From: Mobula hypostoma
Lineage: Eukaryota
Length of the DNA: 64,000 nucleotides
Assembly (NCBI RefSeq): GCF_963921235.1
Contig: NC_086119.1
Span: 34,100,001-34,164,000 of the forward strand
Reading direction: 5' to 3'
Both the position numbers and the translations under genes were made by a program. The stretch's first letter is position 1; every line of letters starts with the position of its first letter. Positions 35,472 through 48,395 of this stretch are shown piece after piece. The notes below the pieces were generated by a model. That model did no database searches, was not told the DNA's origin, and saw nothing but the letters and a program-made list of their open reading frames with translations.

Positions 35472-35710
35472 CAGGAGATGTCCGGCGTAAGTTTTTTACA
35501 CAGAGGGTGGTGAGTGCGTGGAATAGGCTGCCAGTGTCGGTGGTGGAGCTGGATACGATGAGTTCTTTCAAGAGACTCCTGGATAGGTACATGGAGCTTA
35601 GAAAAATAGAGGGCTATGGGTAACCCTGGGCAATTTCTAAAGTAAGTACATATTCGACACAGCATTGTGGGCCAAAGGGCCTGTATTGTGCTGTAGTTTT
35701 TCTATGTTTA
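35472..35710 (+). mobile_element. CR1 3' end
   Basis: Encodes GDVRRKFFTQRVVSAWNRLP. Tail gggcctgtattgtgctgtag...tctatgtt. Confidence 0.88.
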
Positions 35711-37399
35711 TAGAATACTTAGAACATACATAAAATCTCTCATGGTATGCTCCATCCCACCTCCCAGCACTGCAATCGTAAGAGTAGAAATAAACCATCA
35801 GCCCCTTGAGCCTGCTACATCATTCATTAAGATCATGCTTGATCTGATCTTGGTCTCGGTTCCACTACCCTGCTTATTTTTTCAGTACGTTTGACCCCAT
35901 TATAGACCAAAAACTGTCTTGGCCTTGAACGACTCTGCATTCCAGTACAAGTCAAAAGTAATTGTTTAGTGAAGGATAATATTTTTTAAAATCATTCGTC
36001 ATAAACTTAAGCAAATGTAATACAATTCAAAAAAGATGAAAAGATAAGGTCTGAATTTTTAAAAGGCTCATTCAGTGGGCAGTAAAATAGCAGAGCTCTT
36101 GCCCATATGTTGTGTTGAAAGAATAGCAAAGGTGATGAGAGTGACCAGAAGAGTGGGACTAGACATTAGAATCTGGGGATTAGCTGCCTCTCCTTAAACT
36201 TTCTTTGATAATGTGTCCTGCATGGACGGGAGGGGAGATTTAATGGATGAAGTTTCAGAATGGATCTCTGCATGCTGCCACAGTGTGCCTTTTTGCTCCT
36301 CACTGGATTTCTTTCCAAATGTCAGCTTGGTAGAAAGGCTGGCCTCTGGATAATTATAGACAGTATGACTTGGGTCTGCTTCTAATCCAGTTTTCACATT
36401 TAATAATTGACAACTGGGGAGGATCTAAACTTATCGCAAGTTGGTGTTCTGATTAAGTGATTTAAAATCTAACTCTTACCAATGCCTCTTCAGGTATTAA
36501 TTAAACATTTATCTTGAAGATTCCACGTTATACTCACAAATGGCATGCATTGATTTAAAACAAGTCACATTGATATTCTACTCCGGGGAAAGTTGGGCAG
36601 CAACACGAAAATATTTCAATAAGCTCTGATATTTATAGGCACAAACATTCTTGTCAGTGAAACTACATCACTTTTAAGACTCTTAAAAGTGATGTAGCTT
36701 CTGGATGTAAACCCATCGCAGTGAACAGCACTGGGATTTTCTTGTACATATCAAAATACTCAGGTAGCAGATTTTTTTCCAGTTGAAATTGAGACAGTAA
36801 GACTTGACAGGCTGCATGTTAAGCTTTAGCACATCCATTTAAGTTCACACTTCCTTCTTTTTTCAATAGAACTCAAGTACTAGAAAATGTTATGAATTGT
36901 TCCATGAAATGTTTTTTGTCAAGGGCCAAGAATACAGAATTGTGTTTGAAGAACTTGTCAATAGAAACCAGTGGCCACAAATGGTATGACGTGTTTATCA
37001 TTTTTATTCTGTGGATTTGCACGACAGTGTAATTATTCAACTGACTGCAGCATACTTAGTTGTAAAGTAAAGGTGAGCTTCTAGCTTTTCAGATCCAGAT
37101 ACAATGTCGCCAAGGGGTGGAAATTAACTCATCCATGAGCATTTGTGCTAAAAGCATTTATGTATAATCATGATGTGTGTTGTGCTCTGCTTGACAACTG
37201 CCAATTCGCAGACTTCAGTGTAACCAAACTCCAACGTATGAGGCTCAGTCATACCCATTCTCAGTCATTCCAGATGTGCAACATTAAAGTTGACTGCACA
37301 CATTTCCTTTTGGTCCCCGTTCCTTGTTTCATGGGATAGAACATATGGCAATGTTTTGTGGCTTGGTATTATTTCTCTTGAGATGAGTACAACTAGCAA

Positions 37400-37652
37400 T
37401 AGAGTCACGTAGTGTTTCACACAGCGCTTTACAGTACGGGTGACTGGAGTTCAATTCCCGCCACTGCCTGTAAAGAGTTTCTACCTTCTCCCGTGATTGT
37501 GTGCTCCTGTTTCCTCCCACAGGCCAAAGCCATCCCAGTTAGTAAGTTAATTGGTCATTGTAAATGGTCCCATGATTAGGCAAGGATTAAATCAGGGATT
37601 GCTGGGCGGAGCAGCTCAAAGGACCAGAAAGGCCTATTCCGTGCTGCATCAC
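37400..37652 (+). mobile_element. HE1-type SINE
   Basis: gcgctttacagtac...ggagttcaattcccgccactgcctgtaaagagttt...ttaattggtcattgtaaat. Confidence 0.82.
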
Positions 37653-38974
37653 ATTTTTTAAAAATGTTAAAAATAATTTTTAAAACATGCTCTTAGAAGG
37701 AGTGATTACCTCATAGCATTAATGTAAATGGCACAAATCAGGGGAAGAGCCATTCCTGCACACGTTTGGATTAATCATATAATTTTAGTCCATTTGGAAT
37801 GGTTGCCAAAAGGATCTGCATGGAGATATTTTGAACTTCCTTGGAAATCTTACAATTTCAGAAGAGAGTTGAACAAGCAGCTGACTTGTGGCTAACTGTA
37901 AAATGTAATTGATAATCAAATGTTAATGGGGTAGAAATTGGTGGTCAGTACCCCAGTCTCAGCGCTGAGTGAACGGTGTCCACCCAAATCAAAACATCCA
38001 AGGATGAATGGAACTTACAGTATTGCGGACACCTCCATAGTAAACTCACCCACTGAAGAACAAGAATGTTAGGTACCTGTCACACTGGAGACATACTTTG
38101 ACTAAGTCAACTTTTGGGTTAATTGGAGATAGTACTGGCAGGAGACAATGACGATTTCTCTTATACCATGCTTATAACTTTCATCTCCCAAGAACAATCT
38201 TTCTCCTGTTTTGTACAAGACTGGCTTTTAAAAACAAAACAGGATGAACACCTGAAATTTCCCAGCAAGACTCTGAAGATGGCCAGGCCACTTCCTGGCT
38301 CACCAATCACTTACAGTTCTTTGATGAGATCCTTCAACAGGCACCAAGTCTCAAGATTTTGGGCTTTTGTCGAAAAAAAAAATGACCTGATTATGGTTGC
38401 AATGGCAGTAATATTTATGTCTGCACAAACTGGCTTTTGCATTTTGTTATGTCTTGTTACTGTTTAGGTCCTAAATGGATAAACACAAACTGATTTTCAT
38501 CACAGCGAATGTAACATATTAAAATCTACAGCTCTGGTGTTTAGTCTCAGAGAGAGATATTGAACTGATAATATAACTCTGGTCTATTTGCTTCTTGTTT
38601 GCTAGACTTTCAATGGTTCCACCTAATATCGGAAAATGTATACCGTATACAACCTGAAATTCTTAGTCTTCACAGATGTTCATGAAACAGAAGAAATACC
38701 CCAAAGAATGAATGACAGAAAAACGTTAGAACTCCAAAGCACCTACCCCCATATACAACTTTACTGTTGTATAGATCCATGGCAATTTATTGATGCCTGT
38801 AATGAATACAACCATTTTGAGTGTAGAATATTTTTCAAGAAGTGCAGATAAAAATCTACAGAACTCAGTACCCGAACATTTACAAAGTCATGCAGTTATT
38901 TATAACAATATACCTGAGGCTCTAAGGTATCTGTGGTTACCATGGAATTTAGTTGTCTTTGGAGGTGCGTGTAA

Positions 38975-39577
38975 GCTTTGGAGGTGTTAGCTTTCATAAG
39001 TCGAGGGATAGAGTTTTTAAGAGTCGTGAAGTAATGATGCAGCTCTATAAAACTCTGGTTAGGCCACACTTGGAGTCCTGTGTCCAGTTCTGGTCGCCTC
39101 ACTATAGGAAGGATGTGGAAGCATTGGAAAGGGTACAAAGAAGATTTACCAGAACGCTGCCTGGTTTAGAGAGTATGGATTATGATCAGAGATTAAGGGA
39201 GCTAGGGCTTAACTTTTTGGAGAGAATGAGAGGAGACATGATAGAGGTGTACAAGATATTAAGAGGAATAGATAGAGTGGACAGCCAGTGCCTCTTCCCC
39301 AGGGCACCACTGCTCAATACAAGAGGACATGGCTTTAAGGTAAGGGGTGGGATGTTCAAGGGGGTATTAGGGGAAGGTTTTTTACTCAGAGAGTGGTTGG
39401 TGTGTGGAATACACTGCCTGAGTCAGTAGTGGAGGCAGATACACTAGTGAAATTTAAACGACTACTAGACAGGTATATGGAGGAATTTTAAGTTGGGGGG
39501 TTATATGGAAGGCAGGGTTTAAGGGTTGGCACAACATTGTGGGCCGAAGGGCCTGTACTGTGCTGTACTATTCTATG
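38975..39577 (+). mobile_element. CR1 LINE 3' fragment
   Basis: QLYKTLVRPHLESCVQFWSPHYRKDVEALERVQRRFTR...TRGHGFKV. Confidence 0.92.
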
Positions 39578-40152
39578 CAAACACCTTACAGACAGCAGAG
39601 GGAAATGAATCTGGTTGCTGGTACTGTAAAGCATTCTGCTAACCACTACGCTACCCTGCTGCCCTTGTTCTTCATTCCTTTGAAATGCCAGCATTACTGA
39701 GGGGAATATTTTTTTCATTTTGGATGAAGAGAAATGCAAGCACCTCTGCAGCATTTTTGGCTATCCTTTCACAATCAGGATAAAGGTGTTGATTTGTGGA
39801 CATAGAGAAATAACCCCTGGATTGGATGCTACTTCCCATAGAAGCATTGTTCCTTTTAACGTGATCCTTAAAACTTTGCCTTTTAATCATATAAACATCA
39901 GCAGGGAATTTACATTAGACTTAACAATCTTGAAACCGCTGCATGCTGAATGGGTGTTGGTTCAGAAGAAATGTAGTTTAAACATAGACTTTGTTTATTG
40001 TGACATTTGAAATGTAGGTCTCCCACAATGCAGAAATCCCCCATTCTTTCACACTGTGCTCAGGAAGGCCCGCAAACTTGGCTTATCTAGAGATCCATAA
40101 ATTGTCCTGGAGACATGATCCCCAGCAGCATACCTAGGCAGTTGTGGGCTTA

Positions 40153-40881
40153 AGGTTGATTTATACTTGTGCATACTAGCTTACGCTGTTGTGAGCATTT
40201 ATACTTGTGCGTTGGTGTGTCTGTGTCTCTCTGCAATTCACCGCAAAAACGCCAGTTGGCAGTGGGGTTTCTATGCCACTGTGTTGAGTTTCTTCGTGTT
40301 GAAACTCAACATGAAGAAACTCAAACTTAAAACAATGGCGACTGAAACTGAAGGAGGGTGAATTTTCTGTGCTTGTCCGGCCACTGAGAGACACGGACGA
40401 GGAAATGCATTTCAAATATTTTCGGATGTCGGCAGGTAGATTTGACGATTTGGGTCATCATCTCCAACCACTTATTTCGCGTCAGTGTACGCACAGTATA
40501 CTCAGAGACTGGCAATCATCATTCGAGTTTTAGCTTCAGGTAGAAGTCAACAGGCTTTAGCAGTTAGCTACAAACTGGTGTCAAGCACAGGGTCCTCCAT
40601 AATTTCGGAGGTCTGTAAAGCTTTATGGAAAGCATTGCAGCCAGAGTTCCTTCCCTGCCCTTCAGTCGCCCAATGGGAAGCTATTGCAGCGTAGGAGGAA
40701 ATATGATGCTACCAAGCGGACCAATCGCAGTTGTTTGGTCTGCGTCGCTGCGATGTGTCGTTACATTTTCGGAGAGGTGCGCGTTAGTCTACCCCGTAGG
40801 GTTCGGCGTAGAGTACAGGGTAGGGTATGCAGCTAGGCCATACCTACGACGTACATTTGACGCACAAGTATAAATCAGCCT
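40153..40881 (+). mobile_element. PIF/Harbinger internally deleted DNA transposon
   Basis: 20-bp TIRs aggttgatttatacttgtgc / gcacaagtataaatcagcct (1 mismatch). TTA TSD at 40150-40152 and 40882-40884. Transposase remnants [14 protein letters not shown] and [24 protein letters not shown]...[19 protein letters not shown]. Confidence 0.9.
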
Positions 40882-42167
40882 TTACCCATTCCCTAGAAAA
40901 TTGCTGCCACTGCTAGCAACTGGAATGTCCTCGCTATCCAGCTCATTTTGACCATATCATACTCACTTATTGCTTCCAAATTAACCTCAGAACTCTCTGT
41001 TATCCAACATAATAAACCTGTGGTTGTCTCCTGGGAAGATCAAGGATAACACATACAGTTGTAGCTGGTGATATGTGCACCTTCCCATGGTACCACTATT
41101 ACAGGTCCAATCTACTAAACAGAATCAGCATAGACCACACAATTGGGATTTTAAAGGCATTCCTGGATCTCTCCTGAGAAGATGTGCTGGAAAATAGTGT
41201 AATTCTTCTCTCAAGGGTTATATTTGTGCATTCTGTTTTGCAATGAAATCTCATCCTGGAGGTCCCAGAGGAGGAAAGCACTCAAGGCAGAAGTTGGGGG
41301 ATTAGCCAGACTCACGGCAGCAGCAGTCAGATGAGTCCCTCAGGTGTCCCATCTCTGACTGGAAGATGCATTCACACTAATTTGAATCGGCAGAGCTTCT
41401 CTCAAGTGCTACATGAGCCAACGCACAAATAGTCCGAGTTATAACATTAGCTGTACCCAATTCAGGGCTCTGACCATCCCATATCCATTTTGTCCCACAC
41501 TTTAGCTGCACTTTTTTCAAATGGGCTACCTTATCAGCACTATTCCCCGCCTTGGCATGAAACAATTTAAAAAGTTACGTGCTGCCTCATGGGTATTGTT
41601 GATGAGTCATTATAGCACTCAACTCAGGGGAAGGGTTATCTGTAAACAAGTCCGCCTTCCAGACCTGAAGCAATTTTCAGAATGTTTTTTGAATTGCTGT
41701 GTAATTGACACTGAGCACTTAGTTCAATCATGGAATACTGCTGTAACAGGCAAACCTGGAATTTTTGTTCGCCCCAAACTGACCTCCAATGATACCACTT
41801 ACCGGTTTTAGTTACAAACAGACTCCCAAACATAGACAGTAGATTTCCTTCTCCAAAAGAAATTGGTGAACTACTATTAGTGAAATGTATTAGTTTCACA
41901 GTCACTGTTACAAGTATCAGCTTTGTGTTCTAGATTTATTTAACTGGTTTTCCAAGTGCTCCAGTGGGATTTGAACAGTTGCCATCCAGACCTCTGGATT
42001 ATAAATCCAGTAGCAAACATTTTGTGACCATAACTACTGTTGCTATGCAGTTCTTCTTGTTGCCCAGTGTTGTACACCTTTCTGCAGTACCTCCTTCCTC
42101 CAGTGAACTATAGTAAATCCTCATTGTGTCTTCAAATCTAGCAGCCACTTTTTGATGAAGATCTTGC

Positions 42168-43499
42168 TGCAATTCAGTTAATTCTGGGACCAATACATTT
42201 TGGCCCATTTAATTGACTGTCCTAATTAGCCAAAGTTTCACGGAAATATTTAAGAAGGTATATATTTTTTTTTAAAGTCAATCTGCCCTTTAACTGTGTA
42301 ACAAATAATGTATTTAAATGCAATGCAGGACAAATTAGAACACCACCAATACTACTACAGAACTATAAATCTGTGTATTAGATCCTCAAAGTTATTGATC
42401 AATTCATCGAATGTATGCTGCTGTGTATGGGGTGTCCAGGGAGGGGTAACTCCTCTGGTGAAGAGGCTTGTTATGTCCACTCTGAGGCAGCACAAATCAC
42501 CTTTGGTGTCTACCAGAACCTGAGCACTCACCAGTGGCTCAAAGTAGCTGTCTGCATGCAACAGCGAGTACACCATTTCAACTGGCAGGCTAAACCAGGT
42601 GACGGCAGCTAATCGGCCTCGTAACCAAGTGAAATAGGAACACCCAGCACGTGAAGTCAGCTCCTGCAGACCGGACGGATGAAACCAACAGTGAGATCCA
42701 AAGGCCAAAAAGGCAGTTCTGCAACCATTGTGGAGAGCCAAGGGCATGATAAGGCACCAAGGAAGTTATGATTTTCCACTGCAACCAAGGGAGACCCCAG
42801 TTTGTGACAACTACTTGTACCACTGGACCGGGACTTCCAAGGTGAAGAGAATGGAACTGTCCCAGAGCAGCAGCTCAGCTTTTCCACTTTGAAAACTGTC
42901 CCACACAGCTTTCATTGTCATCGTCAGATAAGATGGACAACCAAAATGCTGCCTTTACTTTTGATTGGCTATAAATGAACAAAATTAGCAGAGACACCTA
43001 ATGCAGATAATGGACTGCTTTCATACAATGTTTTCAATGATTGCATCCTCCAAATCTTCATTTCCATTCAAGATGATTGTCAATGCCTTCAAATTCTTCG
43101 TAGTTCCTAACTTTATGAAGTTGTGAATTTTTTTTTCATTTTTACTCTTGGCCGTTTCTGGCATCTCCAAGCTTTAAACCAAACTGAGCAAAATAGTTCT
43201 GAATTGTCTTACTGCTTATTTCTCAGCAAATATCAGTGAAAAAACTCACTGGAGTTTGAACAGAAACACATGCAACTATTGCTACTTTAAAAAACTGTTT
43301 GCTGTAAGCATGGTCTTATGTCTACTGGCCGCACAAGTTCACGCAAATGATGCTGATTGGAAACTGTTCAGCAACAGACTCCTGTCCCAATTAAGCAGTG
43401 TAGTATGCCAAATAAATGATTAGTTTTTGATTTTTAAGATTTGTCCCAAATAAGTGGCTGCCCCGATTAACCGAAGGACCAATAACCGAATTGACTGTA
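42168..43499. mobile_element. Tigger/pogo-like non-autonomous DNA transposon, interrupted
   Basis: Right end ...accgaattgactgTA. Subterminal cccaattaagcgg-like motifs occur at both ends. Left TIR is decayed. Confidence 0.6.
42422..42945 (+). mobile_element. Non-coding insertion, possibly an RTE-related SINE, nested in the Tigger-like element
   Basis: GC-richer block flanked by atgctgc (42415-42421 and 42946-42952). The 5' part ctctggtgaagaggcttg resembles RTE 5' UTRs. Confidence 0.45.
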
Positions 43500-44664
43500 T
43501 TCATATCTCTTCCCTTGTGATTGTAGAATCCCAGTGGTGAGGCATCACTATACCAGGAGCTTGCTCGGCGCTTGTCTGATAAACATCTTGTCTCACACCC
43601 ATGCGCACACGTGCACACACGCACACACACACCCCTATTTTCCATATCCCAGAGGGAGCTGTATAAATCCAGGCAGAAGATGTTCAGATTGAAAGTTATT
43701 AGAAGTTGCATTCCCATTGATGACAGATCCCCAAAATGAAAATTAACCTAAAGTAAGGTGCTGTCAGATTAGTACAAATGTATGTAGTTATAGAGCCTTT
43801 TAAACCAGCAATATCCCTCACAATTTGTTGGCGCAATTATCCAGAAGCATTTTTTGTCCTGGTATTACCAAGACAACCTACGGTTATGGTGGAATGCTTC
43901 CATAAATTGGTGGCCACTGGAAAACTGCTGCATTTTCCCAGTGATCCACCTTGCCACCATTTGAGTTGATAGGAGAGAGAAACATAGATAAAAGGGGGGA
44001 CGGGGTTGTGGGGGGTGGGTAGTCGCAAAGTAAAACATGAACAGACAACCTGCTTAATGTAATAGATGGCATTTTAACTTTAAATTGTGGGAATCTGGAG
44101 AATGTGCCAGTATATTTGGCAGGCAGCAACAGAGAGGATGAAGGAAGTCAGGCTCTGCGGTTAGTCCATAAGTAATAAAGACAGAGAATGTTGGACATAC
44201 TCAACAGCTTAGACAGCATCTGTGGAAAGTCAAATGGTTAATGATTCAGGTCCAATACCCTCTATCAGAACTGATAAAGTTTTATCTCAGATATCCAACA
44301 TCTGCAGGTTTTTTGGTTTTTTTAAAATTTTCATTGTGGGAGGATCATTGCAGCAGCTGTTTGGGAGTGGACTTCCTGCAGTATTCCAGTTAATAACAGA
44401 CTAGATCTCATAAGAAGATACTGTACATCTTATCAGTCCCAAGAAATAGCAGGATTTCTTGGAACACTACTGGCATTCCCCTTACTGTTGACCTTCTTGC
44501 CTCTCCCTTCTCCAGGACTAACCACTTAAAGAAAGTCTTGTCAGTTCCACTGGTGTCTGACTGGCATCTGATTTCTCACTCTTGTTCACTGGTTTTGACG
44601 TCATTCCTATTAGTTTGAAAGTTAAAATCTGAGACTCGTTTTAAAATCAAAATCTGAGACTTAT

Positions 44665-45403
44665 TTTAAAATCAGAATCAAAATCAGGTTTATTATTACT
44701 GGCGTGCGTCGTGAAATTTGTTAACTTAGCAGCAGCAGTACCATGCAATACATGATAATATAGAAAGAAAAACATCAGTAAATCAATTACAGTAAGTGTA
44801 TATATGTATATTAAATAGTTAGATTAAAATAGTGCAAAACAGAAATAATATAAAAAAAAGTGGGGTAGAGTGCATGGGTTCAATGTCCATTTTGGAATTG
44901 TATGGCAGAGGGGGAGAAGCTGTTCCTGAATAGCTGAGTGTGTGGCTTCAGGCTTCTGTACCTCCTTCCTGATAGTAACAAAGAGATGAGGGCATGGCCC
45001 AGGTAATGGGGGTCCTTAATAATGGACGCCGCCTTTCTGAGGCACCGTTTCTTGAAGATATCATGGATGCTACTGAGACTAGTACCCAAGATAGAGCTGA
45101 CTAATTTTACAACGTAGCACCCCCCCTACCCCATACCAGACAGTGATGTTGCCTATCAGAATGCTCTCCACAGTATATCTTTATAAGCTTTCGGGTGTTT
45201 CAGGTGACAGACCAAATCTCTTCAAACTCCGAATGAAATAAAGCCGCTGTCTTGCCTTCCTTATAGCAGCATCAGTATGTTGAGACCAGATTAGATCCTC
45301 AGAGATCTTGTCACCCAGGAACTGGAAATGGCTCACTCTCTCCACTTCTGATCCCTCTTTGAGGCTTGGTTCGTATTCCCTCATCTTACCCTACCTGAAG
45401 TCC
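44665..45403 (-). mobile_element. Rex/Babar-like LINE 3' fragment
   Basis: VERVSHFQFLG...KARQRLYFIRSLKRFGLS and KAASIIKDPHYLGHAL...GRRYRSLK...FRNSF. (gattct)n-type tail. Confidence 0.85.
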
Positions 45404-45443
45404 AGATTATTTTCGATGCTGGAGATCTAGAGGAGCATACCGT

Positions 45444-45618
45444 ACACAAAACGCTGGAGGAAATCAGCAGTTCAGGCAGCATCTATGGAAATGAATAAAC
45501 ACTCAACATTTTTGGGCTGAGACCCTTCCTGAAGAAGTGTTTCGGCCCAAAACATCAACTGTTTATTCATTTCCATAGATGCAGCCTGGCCAGCTGAGTT
45601 CCTCCAGCATTTTGTGTT
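45444..45618. mobile_element. Older fold-back mini-Penelope
   Basis: Inverted arms atctatggaaatgaataaaca / tgtttattcatttccatagat. Centre at gacccttc|ctgaagaag. Confidence 0.85.
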
Positions 45619-48204
45619 ATTTGAGATGTTGCAATTTGATCTTTGTCCTGATGTAATTAAAAGACTCTGGTGATGTGGACTTATCTCATTTACTATTGTT
45701 CAAAGATGACCATTAGAATGAGACTTATCTCATACTTAGGTTGTTTCACCTAAATATAAATGCTCTGAAGTTGAACTTGCACTGGGGCTTCCAGATACAG
45801 GATGTCAGTATAACTGGAGTTCATGTAGGGGTTAAATGCTCCTGCTCCTATGGTCCTTTATAATTGGAGTGTTCAGGTTCAGGAAATTACATTGGCAGCT
45901 GCCTTTAAATCAAACTGCCTGGCCTCGAAAAATCCTATTCTCCTTCCTCTCATCTCTCGCACCCTCCAATCGATCTGGAGCCTCTGCAGTCACATGGAGG
46001 GTTAATTTCTCTAGGGATTCTTCAAGTTTGCTACAGTAACTTACAAGGAAGGTCTAGTGGAAAATGGCATTGATGCTGACTTTACTGGGGTATCTGCAGG
46101 TAATTATGTTATGTCTGCATAAATTTACCCCCTCTCCATATCTTTAGGCCACCCTGCCTCAGCAATAAATAACAGATATATGAGGGTGGTTTCCTGTCAA
46201 TGCTCAATTAGAGAGCACAGCTTGTCCTAACTTGGTTATGGCATATCACTGAGATTTATAAAGGCTGTTTGCATATTAAACTTATCTAAGCTACAAGAAA
46301 TGCCAGAACTGTACAAACACATGCCATCAACACCCATACTTTGTCTCTTTGTTCAGCCTAAGGCAATCATATAGCAAGTCTCTTAAGAAATAAAGGTAAT
46401 TTAGAGCATATGTGTATGATCTGATTCATTTTATGCCTTATGTTTAATACACAGCTTCTCTCCCCAGAGAACAGTAAACGCAATAAAATAAGAACAGTGC
46501 GCATGGACGTTAAAGGATTATGTGTCTGTTTTTTCGCTGCTGAGGGGAGAAGATTGTGTTTACAGGCTTGAATGCACACTTGCTAGGCCAAGGCAGCAGT
46601 TGATTGTGCTAGAACGCTCTGTCAGGCAATGATTTGTCAAGTAGTTTATCACTAATGTCACTTTTCAGCGTGTTGTCAGAGGTAACATATCGCCCCTTTC
46701 CCTGCTTTATACCCATTTCATGTAGAAAATTTGTATTTACTTTGGGAGTGTAATTTGTTCCTCCTGGATAATATGACCCTTAGCGGAGCCGGATCATGGG
46801 TTAGTTGAAGTGATATTTTCCTGGTAATGGTAGTCGTACATCATTCTTGTCAGCTTGGGTTAGAAGGGAAGAACATTACAGCTCCATTTTAGTGCTTGCA
46901 GACATCTGGGATTATTTGCCATAACAAAGTATGACATGACCAGTCTACAGAGTGCATTAAATTTTTACCAGCTCCTCCAGTGAGCTGCACTACACAAGCC
47001 CACACCCTTGGCAAGCAATAATGATGAAAGCCTCAGTGCTCCTGCCATCCTTCAGCAAGGTGATTGGATATGATGTCATTTGTCAAGGCAACCACTGCTT
47101 TCCCTGTGCTGTGGACTGCTCACTTCCTGCAGTCTCCCGGCGTTACGCTCTGCAGCAAAGGGCAGCTTTGGAGTGACATGATGGCATTAGTGAGGCCCGG
47201 AGACACGGTCGAATTTGTGCGGAAATTACTTCTTCTGCTCTACACAGTTTAACCCAACCATATGACGAACCTTTCTCCAGTTCTCAGTCAGCGGACTCAA
47301 AGGGAATGTGCTGTCTCTTCCAGCTGAAGTTTCAATGTACAAGTTGAAATATGACTGTGGCTGGTGTTGACATGATGTAGCTTATTTTTTTGACTTGATG
47401 TTTAAAATCACAATCTGGACTGTGTAGAATACACTGAGGCCTACCTCTGAAGGCTTCATTTTTCTTTCTGTTTCTAACCTTCTCTCCTCTTCCCATTTAC
47501 AGAATCTTTAGCAACACCTCATCATAGTTTTTGCAATTACACCAAAATTCACTTTCATTTGATTCCAATTTACATTTGCATATCCACTTCCCTGAGGAAT
47601 GAAGTGGCGTTACACATTCTATGTTAAACCCTTCACAACTGGATTAGATCCCAGGACATGTAACACCAGGAGGCGAACAAAGGTCCTTTATCACCAACAA
47701 TGCAAAAACCAAATTTCCATTCTGCAGCAAGAAATAAGATGGCAGTCACAACTGCGTGCACCAACACTGGCAGTCATTGTGCTTTTGGTCCTTGTATGCT
47801 TTGATTTCCAGGGTAGGAAGCAGAATCTGTAAGGCAGCATTCCAGTGGATCTGTTGCAGCTGCAACAAATTTAGCTCTTTGATCTGGCCGAAGAATGTTT
47901 TATAGTTATGGTTTAACTCTGAAATCCAGTAACAGGATTTCCTAACTGTATGCGGAATTTAAAATTGTGTGTTTAACTTCATCATAAAAAGTATGATGAT
48001 TCTGGCCTGTTTTATTGTCTGGAAATGAGCCAACAGATTATGTGGTATTCCTAGAATTGTTTCATTTGCCTCATAAGAGGCAAAATGTCCTGTAAACCTT
48101 CCTCTGAAACTCCTTGTGATGTGAGCCTGGTCATCTTGTCACTTCATACATCACTGTGATGCAGAATCCCCTTTGTGTTGAAGGTTGTGACCCATTTCTT
48201 ACCT

Positions 48205-48395
48205 CTCTAGGCTTACCTTCACTCACTGCCTTCTGTTCTACCTTCTAGCTTTCTTCCTTTCCCTCCCCTCCCCCTTTTTATTCTGGCATCTTGTCCCTTC
48301 CTTTCCAGTCCTGACGAAGGGTCCTGGCCTGAAACGTCAACTCCAATAGATGATGCCTGACTTGCTGAGTTCCTCCAGCATTTGGTATGTGTTGC
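48205..48395 (+). mobile_element. PLE 3' UTR fragment with hammerhead at 48306-48342 (core intact, stem I mismatch)
   Basis: cagtc CTGACGA a gggt cctg gcct GAAAC GTC aact. Confidence 0.78.
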
